This document shows, one piece after another, positions 41,019 to 49,795 of a stretch of 64,000 nt of DNA (position 1 is the stretch's first letter; every line of letters begins with the position of its first letter). The position numbers and the translations under genes are program-made. The notes beneath the pieces are model-generated. The model made no database searches. It saw only the letters and a program-made list of their open reading frames with translations, and was not told the DNA's origin. The stretch covers positions 1 to 64,000 of the forward strand of contig JANRLW010000075.1 of the NCBI GenBank assembly GCA_033762295.1, given 5' to 3'. The stretch is from Capsulimonadales bacterium (GTDB taxonomy: Bacteria > Armatimonadota > Armatimonadia > Armatimonadales > Armatimonadaceae).

Positions 41019-41432
41019 CTAAACGCCATCGTCCTGGAGACGGACAATGGAGTGCGGAAAATCCGGATTGGAGAAAAAGGAGCAGCGCGGATTCCGGTCC
41101 ACCTGCCGCAACGTATAGGTTCCTCCGCTCGGGCAGGCGGGTTTTCGGCGCAGGTAAAGAGCGTCGCCGAACAGGTCCGCGTCCGTCGGTGTCGCCGTTC
41201 CCGGCCGACGCATTTCCAGGGCCCATTGCTGTTTGGCCGCCCGAATCTGCATCAGATTGGCGATGCAGGCGTTGCGTCTCGACTTCTGCCGTGCGCGAAC
41301 GAAGTTCGGCGTCGCGATACTGAGCAACACCCCGATGACCAGCACGACGATCATGATCTCGATCAGAGTAAAAGCCGTGCGACCCTGCTTCGCCGAACGC
41401 GAAGGAACGTGGGGCGTGTATTTTCGTGCCAT
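41019..41432 (-). CDS. Type IV pilin/pseudopilin-like protein
   Basis: RTAFTLIEIMIVVLVIGVLLSIATPNF...CIANLMQI...CPSGGTY. Confidence 0.85.
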   Translation of the reverse strand: MARKYTPHVPSRSAKQGRTAFTLIEIMIVVLVIGVLLSIATPNFVRARQKSRRNACIANLMQIRAAKQQWALEMRRPGTATPTDADLFGDALYLRRKPACPSGGTYTLRQVDRNPRCSFFSNPDFPHSIVRLQDDGV

Positions 41433-41592
41433 TGAAGTTTAATACCTCTCCAGTAATAAATTCCACTGGCAAGACGCTTTTTGAGATGATTTTTTCACAC
41501 AACTTTTGTGATTTTTTCGGTTAGAACACCCTTCAATGCACTGATATTTGTTGATGTTATATGTACAGGAATAATTCGATCTATGGGGGAGA

Positions 41593-41967
41593 TCAGGGTT
41601 GGACGGAAGCGATCGAGTGGGGGTACACCGGATCGTTTTCGAACGTGCAGATCGGGTGGAGACTGACACGGCGAATGGTATAGGTCCCCCCGCTCGGACA
41701 ACTGGGGGCGGAACGAATATATTGATCCGGTCCGAACAACTCGGCGCTCGTCGGAATCTGCGAACTGTTCTTCCGCGTGTCGATCACCCACTGCTCCTTC
41801 GCTCCCTGAATCTGCACCAGATTGGAGATACAGGAGTTCCGTCGGGACTTCTCGCGGGCCTGGGCAAAGTTGGGGAGGGCGATGCTCAGCAGCACCCCGA
41901 TAATCAGAACGACGATCATGATCTCGATCAAGGTAAAACCGCGAAGCGGTGATTGCTTTCGTGTCAT
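41593..41967 (-). CDS. Type IV pilin/pseudopilin-like protein (paralog)
   Basis: RGFTLIEIMIVVLIIGVLLSIALPNF...CISNLVQI...CPSGGTY. Confidence 0.88.
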   Translation of the reverse strand: MTRKQSPLRGFTLIEIMIVVLIIGVLLSIALPNFAQAREKSRRNSCISNLVQIQGAKEQWVIDTRKNSSQIPTSAELFGPDQYIRSAPSCPSGGTYTIRRVSLHPICTFENDPVYPHSIASVQP

Positions 41968-42110
41968 GGAAATTTAATCCTTCTCCATCACTTTAATTCC
42001 ATCGTTTGACCTTGATTTCACACAATATAAGTGCTTGCTTTTGAGTGTAATTATTTGGTGTGATCCTTCCGGACGGGAGATCTCGCAGCCGACCGAATCG
42101 GTCGGGGCCG

Positions 42111-42140
42111 TTGACACGCGACCGGGCGTTTTGCTACACT
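42111..42140 (+). promoter_or_regulatory. Sigma70 promoter for a probably leaderless transcript
   Basis: TTGACA, 18-nt spacer ending in an extended -10 TGn, TACACT, then 6 nt to ATG 42147. Confidence 0.65.
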
Positions 42141-42146
42141 CGAAGT

Positions 42147-43229
42147 ATGCCGGAAACGAAACTATGGCGAATCGCCGGGATCAATTTCGATCATATGCAT
42201 ATGGGCGATCTGCTGCGCGAAGTGCACGGGCACGCCAACGCCGAGATTGCCGCGATCTGTGACGAGGCCCCCGAACGGATGGCCGCCGCCGTCCGTAATT
42301 TCGCGATCCCGGCCGAACGGCAGTTCTCCGATGTCGCCGTCTGTCTGGAGACGACGAAGCCCGATATCGTGATCCTCTGCCCGAAGACGGCCGCGCACGC
42401 CGACTACGTCGAGCAGGTCGCTCGCTACGGCGTCCATGTGCTGGTCGAAAAACCCTTTGCGGCATCGCTGGCCGATGCCGATCGCATGATCGCGGCGATG
42501 ACCGGAACGGGCAAAACCCTGGTCATCAACTGGCCGCTTGCCTGGTATCCGCCGCATATCACCACCAAACGCCTGATCGGGGAGGGGGTGATCGGCGACG
42601 TGATCGAGGTGCATTTTTACGACGGAAACCGTGGCCCGCTCCGGCATCTGGCCGATAAGGTCGAGGTCTCGCCCGAGGAGGCGAACCGGAAAAAGTCGGA
42701 GTCCTGGTGGTATCAGCCGCCGGGAGGCGGCTCACTGCAGGACTATCTCGGCTACGGCGTGACCCTCGGAACCTGGTTCCTCGACGGGCGCGCGCCGGTC
42801 GATGTAACCTGCGTGGTCGACGAACAGCCCGGACTCTCCGTCGACGAACACAGCATCACGATCTGCCGTTACGCCTTCGGCCTGTCGAAGTTCGAGACAC
42901 GCTGGGGGACGTTCACCGATCCCTGGACGCACCAGCCACAGCCCAAATGCGGCTTCGTCGTGCAGGGAACGAAGGGCACCATCTCCAGCTACGACTACGA
43001 ACCGACCGTCCGTGTCCAGACCGAAGCCCACCCCGAAGGCGAAGTCGTCCCGGTCGATCCGATCGCCGCGCCGAACCGATCGCCGATCGAACACCTGATC
43101 GCCGTTCTGGAAGGCAGAGTCACCCTCCATCCGCCGCTCGACCCGGCCCTCTGCCGCATCGGCCAGCAGATTATCGATACGGCAGTCGTCTCGGCGAAAG
43201 AGAAGCGCACCGTCCCCCTGATCGCCTGA
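42147..43229 (+). CDS. Gfo/Idh/MocA oxidoreductase
   Basis: HVLVEKPFA, INWPLAW, GGSLQDYLGYG; start at MPETKLWRIAGINFDHMH. Confidence 0.88.
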   Translation: MPETKLWRIAGINFDHMHMGDLLREVHGHANAEIAAICDEAPERMAAAVRNFAIPAERQFSDVAVCLETTKPDIVILCPKTAAHADYVEQVARYGVHVLVEKPFAASLADADRMIAAMTGTGKTLVINWPLAWYPPHITTKRLIGEGVIGDVIEVHFYDGNRGPLRHLADKVEVSPEEANRKKSESWWYQPPGGGSLQDYLGYGVTLGTWFLDGRAPVDVTCVVDEQPGLSVDEHSITICRYAFGLSKFETRWGTFTDPWTHQPQPKCGFVVQGTKGTISSYDYEPTVRVQTEAHPEGEVVPVDPIAAPNRSPIEHLIAVLEGRVTLHPPLDPALCRIGQQIIDTAVVSAKEKRTVPLIA

Positions 43230-43245
43230 ACCGGGTCGTACACGT

Positions 43246-44001
43246 ATGCCACTGACCACGCCGCTCAACCATGACATCACCAAAGCGGCCGCCGGGTACT
43301 CGCAGCTTTCGGGCATCATGGCGGGCTTCTCCTTCGCCGTTCTGGTCTGGGTGGTGGAAAGGCTGAATACCCGGGACGATAACCTCCAGGAGGACATCCT
43401 GGTCATCCGGGCGCTTGTCTACCTGGGAATAACCTTTCTGGGGAACCTGGTGGATTCCTTTTTTTGGGCATTGCTGTCGGGAGTCCAGTCGTTGGACTCC
43501 CCGCAAGTCGGCATTCTGGCGCATATTTCAGCCTGGCAGATGGCGCAACTCGCGCCTCTGACAATGCAGGCGATGACCCTGGTAGTGTCCACGGCGGGAT
43601 CGCGCTATGCCGTAACGCTGTTCCGGCGCCTGTTTTTCGTGACGGCCCTTATCGGAGCGGCCTTCACCTGGACCCATACGTACGCGGTGATCCAACGTTA
43701 CTCGGCGAGCCCTGCGATGATGCCTTACATGCCGGTCTGCGTCGCGCTCTTCGCTGCCCTTCTGCTGGGCGGTTTCCTGCTTTCGGGCCGACCGAGCGGA
43801 CAACGTTTCGGGGCGGATACGGAGGCAAGCTTTTCCCGGTTCGTCTCGATCTCCCTGGTGGGGACGCTGCTAGCCGGGGTGGCTTTCGCCTGGGCCACCA
43901 TTTCGCCGAGCGGCATCCCGGTATCTCAGGGGGCGATTGCCATCGCCAATCTTCTCTGGGCGGCGCTGGTAGCCTGGTCCTGCGCCTATCTACCGGATTA
44001 G
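43246..44001 (+). CDS. Polytopic membrane protein of unknown function
   Basis: About 7 hydrophobic segments; ORF fills the gap between same-strand genes. Confidence 0.7.
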   Translation: MPLTTPLNHDITKAAAGYSQLSGIMAGFSFAVLVWVVERLNTRDDNLQEDILVIRALVYLGITFLGNLVDSFFWALLSGVQSLDSPQVGILAHISAWQMAQLAPLTMQAMTLVVSTAGSRYAVTLFRRLFFVTALIGAAFTWTHTYAVIQRYSASPAMMPYMPVCVALFAALLLGGFLLSGRPSGQRFGADTEASFSRFVSISLVGTLLAGVAFAWATISPSGIPVSQGAIAIANLLWAALVAWSCAYLPD

Positions 44002-44171
44002 TTGGGACAATGTCAAAGACCGGTTGTCCGGCCCCGGTGTGTTCACGTCCGGGCATTCGTTATCGTCGTTCGGTGAAGGGAAAAACCCGCCCGCTCCGGA
44101 AATGTAAGGGCGGACCGTGACAGCGCGACGGGAACGAACCCTGACCGCGCCGGTCCGACGGAGGAGCAAGC

Positions 44172-45296
44172 ATGGAACCCATCACCGGGCGGAAGGTCCG
44201 CATCGGCGTCATCGGCTGCGGACAGATCGCGCAGCAGCATTTTACCACCTATAAAGATATTCCCGACGCGGAAATCGTCGCCTGCGCCGACATCAACCCC
44301 GAAGCCGCCGACAAATCCGCCGCGAAATTCGACATTCCCAATGTCTACTACAACGCCCACGATATGCTGCGGCGGGACGACCTCGATGCGATCGATGTCT
44401 GTCTGCATAACAACCTGCATATCTCCGGAACGCTCGCCGCGCTCGAATCCGGTCGGCACGTCTACTGCGAGAAGCCGATGGCGGGCACCTACCGCGATGC
44501 CGTCACCATGCGCGACCGCGCCAAAGAGCTTGGCCTGAAACTCCATATCCAGCTCGGTCAACTCTATTCGGCGGAGACCCGCGCCGCGAAAGAGTTGATC
44601 GATGCCGGACAACTCGGCGAAGTCTACCATGCACGCTCCACCGGACACCGCCGACGGGGCCGCCCCTATGTCGATGGCTACGGCAGACCCGACTTCGTAC
44701 AGAAGGAAAGAAGCGGCGGCGGCGCGCTCTACGATATGGGCGTCTACCACATCTCCCAGATTCTTTACCTGCTGGGCAACCCGACCGTCGAACGTGTCTC
44801 CGGCACCACCTACCAGAAAATCCCCATCGACCCCAAACGGCTCGAACTCTCCGGGGCGAATGTCGAGGAGTTGGGCATGGGCTTCGTCCGTTGCGCCGGT
44901 GACCTGACCATCGATATCATCGAAGCCTGGGCCATTCACCTGGATAAGTTCGAAGGCTCCTATGTGGTCGGCAGCGAGGGCGGCGTCCGTCTCTCGCCCT
45001 TCGGCTTCTTCCGCTCCTTCGGAGATTTGAATGTCAACGGCGGCGGCGATATGGAGACTTTCTCCTACCTCAAACGCAAACTGCGCAGCGCCGACGGCGA
45101 CACCGACGAATACTCCAACTCGCAGCGTCTCTGGGTCGCCGCCCTCCAGGGGAAAGCGGAACTGCTCCCCACCGCCGAGATCGCGCTGACCACCATGCTC
45201 ATCTCCGAGGGCATCTATCTCTCCGCACAGGAACGCCGCGAGATGACGACCGAGGAGATCGTCGCCCGCTCCGTTTCCAAAGCGCTGCCACTGTAG
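44172..45296 (+). CDS. Gfo/Idh/MocA oxidoreductase
   Basis: RIGVIGCGQIA, HVYCEKPMA, GGGALYDMGVYH; SD GGAGG. Confidence 0.92.
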   Translation: MEPITGRKVRIGVIGCGQIAQQHFTTYKDIPDAEIVACADINPEAADKSAAKFDIPNVYYNAHDMLRRDDLDAIDVCLHNNLHISGTLAALESGRHVYCEKPMAGTYRDAVTMRDRAKELGLKLHIQLGQLYSAETRAAKELIDAGQLGEVYHARSTGHRRRGRPYVDGYGRPDFVQKERSGGGALYDMGVYHISQILYLLGNPTVERVSGTTYQKIPIDPKRLELSGANVEELGMGFVRCAGDLTIDIIEAWAIHLDKFEGSYVVGSEGGVRLSPFGFFRSFGDLNVNGGGDMETFSYLKRKLRSADGDTDEYSNSQRLWVAALQGKAELLPTAEIALTTMLISEGIYLSAQERREMTTEEIVARSVSKALPL

Positions 45297-45309
45297 AAAG
45301 AAGAAACCG

Positions 45310-46161
45310 ATGAAAATATCCATCGCCGGTTACAGCGTCCACGGTCTGCTGGCCGAGGGCAAGATCGACATCTTCGGCTACCTCGAATCCTGCCGCTATC
45401 GTTACGGCCTCGATACCGCCGACCTCTGGAACGGTCTCCTCCCAACCCTCGACGAAGACTTCATCCGCAAGGTGCGCCAGGGACTGGAGGAGCGCGAACT
45501 GACGCTCGTCAACTACCATGCCGACGGCTGCCACCTCTGGGAGGACGATCCCGCCGCCGCCGAACGTAACCGCGAACTCGCCTACAAGCACCTGAAAACG
45601 GCGGCGATGCTCGGGGCGAAGACCTTTCGGATCGATACGGGAGGCACGCTGGAACGCATGACCCCCGACCAGCTTACCTTCGTCGCCGATCGCTATCGCG
45701 AGTACTGCGAGTTCGGGCAGCAGCACGGCTTCAAGGTCGGGCCGGAAACCCACTGGGGCTTCTCCCTGATCATTGAGAACATGGAGGAGATCGCCAGAAC
45801 CGTCGATCATCCGGCCTACGGCATTCTGCTGCATATCGGACACTGGGAGAAGGGCGACCCGGATGAGGGAGACCGACGACTGGCTCCCTATACGGTCCAT
45901 ACGCATGTGGACGCCAACATTACCCGCACCAGCCTCGCCGAAAAGATCGACCTGCTGCTGGATGCCGGATATCAGGGCTACTGGGGGGTCGAGCACCACT
46001 CAACCAGGAACGAGTATGCCGAAATCGCGGTGCAAGTGGCGACCGTACGCCGCGTGCTGGCCCGGAAACTCTGGGATCGACAGAACGAGGAGAACCTGTC
46101 GAGCAAAAAGGAGAAAGAAGGCAACCCCCTCCTCACCGAGGAACAGGAAAACAATCTATAA
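45310..46161 (+). CDS. Sugar phosphate isomerase/epimerase (xylose isomerase-like TIM barrel)
   Basis: AAMLGAKTFRID, GPETHWG, VHTH, GYQGYWGVEH. Confidence 0.8.
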   Translation: MKISIAGYSVHGLLAEGKIDIFGYLESCRYRYGLDTADLWNGLLPTLDEDFIRKVRQGLEERELTLVNYHADGCHLWEDDPAAAERNRELAYKHLKTAAMLGAKTFRIDTGGTLERMTPDQLTFVADRYREYCEFGQQHGFKVGPETHWGFSLIIENMEEIARTVDHPAYGILLHIGHWEKGDPDEGDRRLAPYTVHTHVDANITRTSLAEKIDLLLDAGYQGYWGVEHHSTRNEYAEIAVQVATVRRVLARKLWDRQNEENLSSKKEKEGNPLLTEEQENNL

Positions 46162-46166
46162 CTGAC

Positions 46167-46224
46167 ACGAGGCAATGAATTGCCTCGCTGGGGGACGCTT
46201 CGCGCCCAAACGTCCTCACGGACG
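46167..46224 (+). repeat. Left REP-like inverted repeat
   Basis: Hairpin CGAGGCAAT-GA-ATTGCCTCG, a variable middle hairpin, then CGTCCTCACGGACG; its end can also pair with TTCGTCCGTGAGG at 46237-46249. Confidence 0.85.
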
Positions 46225-46285
46225 AATGCAGGAATCTTCGTCCGTGAGGTCATCTAATCCTACACTATCTGTTCTGGGGGCATGG

Positions 46286-46732
46286 ATGCGTCGCAGCCAT
46301 ATTGTTGTACCAGTACATCTTGTCTGGGCGACTTATCAACGTATGCCACTGATTCAGCCAGAATGGGAAGACGATCTTTACCACTGCATTGCCCAGGATG
46401 CGGCTAAATTGCGTTGTGAGATTCTCGCTCTGAATGGGATGCCGGATCATGTTCATCTTGCCGTGATGCTCCCCGCCACGGTCACCATTGCCAGCATCAT
46501 GAAACAGGTCAAAGGAAACTCCTCCAACTTTATCACGGAGCAAATTCTTCCCAAAGACTCCTTCTTCTACTGGCAGGAAGGCTACAGCGCCTATGGCTTC
46601 CACATAAACCTCACGCCCCGAGTCGTCTCCTATATACAAAACCAGAAGAAACATCATTCAGGAGGAACCGTCTGGCCAACCCTCGAAAGCATTGGCGAAG
46701 AATTACCCGAAGAACCCAAAATTAGCCCGTAA
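46286..46732 (+). CDS. tnpA: IS200/IS605-family Y1 HUH transposase
   Basis: VHLVWATYQR, HUH motif PDHVHL, VKGNSS, WQEGY, YIQNQKKHH; no tnpB. Confidence 0.9.
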   Translation: MRRSHIVVPVHLVWATYQRMPLIQPEWEDDLYHCIAQDAAKLRCEILALNGMPDHVHLAVMLPATVTIASIMKQVKGNSSNFITEQILPKDSFFYWQEGYSAYGFHINLTPRVVSYIQNQKKHHSGGTVWPTLESIGEELPEEPKISP

Positions 46733-46745
46733 GGAAACGAAAACC

Positions 46746-46803
46746 CGTCCGTGAGGACGACTGGAGGCTTCGCCTCCCCCAGCGAGGCAATTCATTGCCT
46801 CGT
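46746..46803 (-). repeat. Right REP-like inverted repeat
   Basis: Reverse complement of the left repeat, differing only in the middle hairpin (GGAGGC-TTC-GCCTCC). Confidence 0.85.
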
Positions 46804-46822
46804 ACCCAGAAGGTTAAACACG

Positions 46823-47959
46823 ATGTCCGAACCAGCCAAAGACGACTATGCCCTGAAAGCCGACGCACCCGTGCGGACGGTCGCCGCGCCGGAACTTCCT
46901 TACCGGCCGCGCGACCCGGAGGGGTACCGCCCCAAAATCGGGATGATCGGCTGCGGCGGTATCACCCAGCATCACCTGACGGCCTACCGAAACGCCGGGT
47001 ACGATGTCGTCGCCTTTTACGATCTCCGCCGGGAGCAGGCCGAAAAGCGGCGGGACGCGTTTTATCCGGATGCGACCGTGTACGATTCGCCGGAAGACCT
47101 GCTTGCGCGGGACGATATCGAGGTCGTCGATATCGCCACCCATCCCGCCCCACGCGTCGCGCTGATCGAAGCGGCGCTGGACGCCCGGAAACATGTCCTT
47201 TCACAGAAGCCGTTCGTCGTCGATCTCGACACCGGCGCACGGCTGGCGGATCGGGCGGACGCGCAGGGCGTCCGACTGGCCGTCAACCAGAACGGACGCT
47301 GGTCGCCGCACCACGCCTATCTGCGCGAAGCCGTGCGCCGGGGAATCCTCGGCGACCTGGTCGCCGCGCACATCGCCATCCACTGGGACCACACCTGGGT
47401 CCGGGGAACCCCGTTCGAGGAGATTCGGGAGGTCATCCTGTACGATTTTTCGATACACTGGTTTGACTTTCTGTGTACGCTGCTCGGAGATCGCCCGATG
47501 ACCCGGGTCTTCGCCACCCGGAGTCACGCGGCAGGGCAGACGATCCGGCCCCCGATGCTCGCGCAGTGCCTGGTCTCCTTCGAGGGGGGGCAGGCCAGCC
47601 TGGTTTTCGATGCCCATGTGCCGTTCGGAGCGCAGGACGCCACCTATCTCGGCGGGACGCGCGGGACGCTGACCAGCGTCGGCCCGAACCTGGGAGAACA
47701 GACCGTGACACTGGTCACGGCAGAGGGAGTCGCAACACCGTCTCTCGAAGGAACCTGGTTTCCGGACGGCTTCCACGGAACGATGGCCGAACTGCTCTGC
47801 GCCATCGCCGAAGGGCGGGAACCGCAAAACTCCGCCCGTAATAACCTGAAATCACTCGGACTCTGTTTCGCCGCCATCGCGTCAGCCACGGACGGAACGC
47901 CGAAAACGCCGGGAAGCGTGCGGCGTCTGCCGCCCGGCTCCGCGCCGGGCGTCGAATGA
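46823..47959 (+). CDS. Gfo/Idh/MocA oxidoreductase
   Basis: KIGMIGCGGIT, HVLSQKPF, NQNGRW, LYDFSIHWFD. Confidence 0.9.
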   Translation: MSEPAKDDYALKADAPVRTVAAPELPYRPRDPEGYRPKIGMIGCGGITQHHLTAYRNAGYDVVAFYDLRREQAEKRRDAFYPDATVYDSPEDLLARDDIEVVDIATHPAPRVALIEAALDARKHVLSQKPFVVDLDTGARLADRADAQGVRLAVNQNGRWSPHHAYLREAVRRGILGDLVAAHIAIHWDHTWVRGTPFEEIREVILYDFSIHWFDFLCTLLGDRPMTRVFATRSHAAGQTIRPPMLAQCLVSFEGGQASLVFDAHVPFGAQDATYLGGTRGTLTSVGPNLGEQTVTLVTAEGVATPSLEGTWFPDGFHGTMAELLCAIAEGREPQNSARNNLKSLGLCFAAIASATDGTPKTPGSVRRLPPGSAPGVE

Positions 47960-47972
47960 AAGGAAAAACGCC

Positions 47973-48722
47973 ATGTATCTCACCTTCAAAGAGGTTGCCG
48001 ATTACCAGCGGGACGGATATGTGATCGTTCCGGAACTGTTTCGGTCGGACGAGATCGCCGCCATGATCGCCGATGTCGAGGGGGGCGAACGGGTCGCGAC
48101 ACATACGCGCGGCAAGGAGGACACGACCGGACGCAAGGCGCGGCTTGCGATCTGGCACGAACTGGGCGATGACATCTGGGCGGCCGTCTCCACCAACCCG
48201 CGCGTCGTCAATAATGTCCGTATGCTGGTGGGGGAGGATATCGCCTTTTTCCATGGCAAGGTGATGCTGAAGGAGGCCGGAACCGGCGGCGCGTGGGAAT
48301 GGCACCAGGACTATGGCTACTGGTACAACCAGGGGTTTGTCTTTCCGCGCCTGCTCTCGGTCTTTGTCGCGCTGGATCAGGCGACCATCGAGAACGGCTG
48401 CCTCCGGGTCCTCAAAGGCTCCCATCTGCTGGGACGGCTGGACCATGGAAAGGTCGGCGATCAGACCGGCGCGGACCCGAACCGCATGGGCGAACTGGAG
48501 AAACTCTTCGAACAGGTCTATGTGGAACTGAATCCGGGCGATGCGCTTTTCTTTCACAGCAACCTGCTGCACACGTCCGGCCCGAACGATTCGACCAGGC
48601 ACCGGCGTTCGTTCATCATCTGCTACAACGCCCTGGCGAACCCGCAGCTCGGCGAGAAGCAGACCGCCGAGAAACGCCCCTGTCCCGTCTCCGCCGACGA
48701 CGCCATCCTCCGTTTCGCCTGA
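47973..48722 (+). CDS. Phytanoyl-CoA dioxygenase family Fe(II)/2OG oxygenase
   Basis: YQRDGY, WEWHQDYGYW, ENGCLRVLKGSH, FFHSNLLHTSGPN. Confidence 0.92.
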   Translation: MYLTFKEVADYQRDGYVIVPELFRSDEIAAMIADVEGGERVATHTRGKEDTTGRKARLAIWHELGDDIWAAVSTNPRVVNNVRMLVGEDIAFFHGKVMLKEAGTGGAWEWHQDYGYWYNQGFVFPRLLSVFVALDQATIENGCLRVLKGSHLLGRLDHGKVGDQTGADPNRMGELEKLFEQVYVELNPGDALFFHSNLLHTSGPNDSTRHRRSFIICYNALANPQLGEKQTAEKRPCPVSADDAILRFA

Positions 48723-48733
48723 TCCGAACCGTC

Positions 48734-48773
48734 GACCTCCCATGCCGAAAACAGGCTTTCGGCACGGGAGGTC
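48734..48773. terminator. Hairpin between convergent genes
   Basis: GACCTCCCATGCCGAAA...TTTCGGCACGGGAGGTC. Confidence 0.55.
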
Positions 48774-48815
48774 GGCTCCGGTTTGCGCTGCGGAGGCGGT
48801 CGCCGGTGACGGCCG

Positions 48816-49679
48816 TCAGGCCGACAGGGTGACCGTCCCGGTTCCCGAATCGTAGTGCAGAAGATACGGGCCGCCGGGGAGCAGAGGCGCGATTTCCCGC
48901 AATACGGCCATGGTCCTGCCGTTCAGTTTGTCGTAGAAATCACCTTCCGTCCGGTCGAGCAGCGTCTTGACCCCCGCCATATCGAGGCCGAAATGCGCTC
49001 CGAAGGGGTACGCGGCGACCAGGACACGTCCGCCGATCTCCTCCGTCTCGTCGGGAGCCGTCCCGAAGCGGACGCCATCGGGAAGCAGAACGATCGGACC
49101 CTGCGTCGGCGACGGGGCGGACCCGGGCTGACCGAACGGTGTCATGGACGCCTGGGCAGTACGCACCAGACTGAGAAACCACGCCTTGCCGATCCGGCGT
49201 CCCGGACAGGTTTTCGTGGTGGCCGGGTCATCCCGATGGAACTTCAGCGTGGTTTCGTCGTCGGTCAGGTTCAGGCGGCTCAGCAGCAGAGCGGTCGCCG
49301 CCGCCGAGTTCTCGAGAACACGCCGACCGCGCCCGGTGGCCGGGTCCTCGACGTCGTAATCGCCCAGCATCTCGATACCGAGGTAATGGGCATTGAATCC
49401 TGTCGCGTGGACGCCCCGCTCGTCCGGAGGGCACATACCGAAGATCTGATCCTCATCGATAAAAAAGTGCGGGCCGCTGCTCCAATGCTTTACATCTTCA
49501 TAAAAATCCCGGATGTTGCGAATATGCTGCACGGTCAACCCGCCGACCCGTTGAGCGAGGGAGGGGGCCGCCGTGTGATGAAGGGTAACGCCTTTCCACG
49601 GTCGCATCGGGGCCGTCGTTCGCAGATAATCCTCGAACTCCTTCCGTGTCCAAACCTGACCGACATTTCCGAATCCCAT
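48816..49679 (-). CDS. N-acetylmuramoyl-L-alanine amidase (Amidase_2/PGRP-like) with C-terminal accessory domain
   Basis: TLHHTA, GPHFFID, GVHATGFN, GIEMLGDYD, FHRD, TKTCPG; start MGFGNV after SD AAGGA. Confidence 0.8.
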   Translation of the reverse strand: MGFGNVGQVWTRKEFEDYLRTTAPMRPWKGVTLHHTAAPSLAQRVGGLTVQHIRNIRDFYEDVKHWSSGPHFFIDEDQIFGMCPPDERGVHATGFNAHYLGIEMLGDYDVEDPATGRGRRVLENSAAATALLLSRLNLTDDETTLKFHRDDPATTKTCPGRRIGKAWFLSLVRTAQASMTPFGQPGSAPSPTQGPIVLLPDGVRFGTAPDETEEIGGRVLVAAYPFGAHFGLDMAGVKTLLDRTEGDFYDKLNGRTMAVLREIAPLLPGGPYLLHYDSGTGTVTLSA

Positions 49680-49795
49680 AATCCTTATCCTTTCCAATAA
49701 TCGTCCGTGAACCGAACGGTCATTTTTCGTTACGAGGACTTTTGGAACAGGGTGCCTGTCAGGGAAGAAAACGGAAAGAAAATTATAAAGAAAGC

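Larger units (their letters stand above)
46167..46803. mobile_element. Solitary Y1 transposase (IS200/RAYT-like) bounded by 58-bp palindromic inverted repeats
   Basis: 46167-46224 and 46746-46803 are inverted copies of ACGAGGCAATGAATTGCCTCGCTGGGGGA...CGTCCTCACGGACG; the interior is more AT-rich than the flanks. Confidence 0.8.

Noticed and set aside
46167..46803. CRISPR array or TnpB/IscB RNA-guided system
   Set aside because: The repeats are two inverted copies, not a direct repeat-spacer series, and there are no cas, tnpB or RuvC-type ORFs.
48816..49679. Prophage lysis cassette
   Set aside because: No holin, integrase or structural phage genes in the window.
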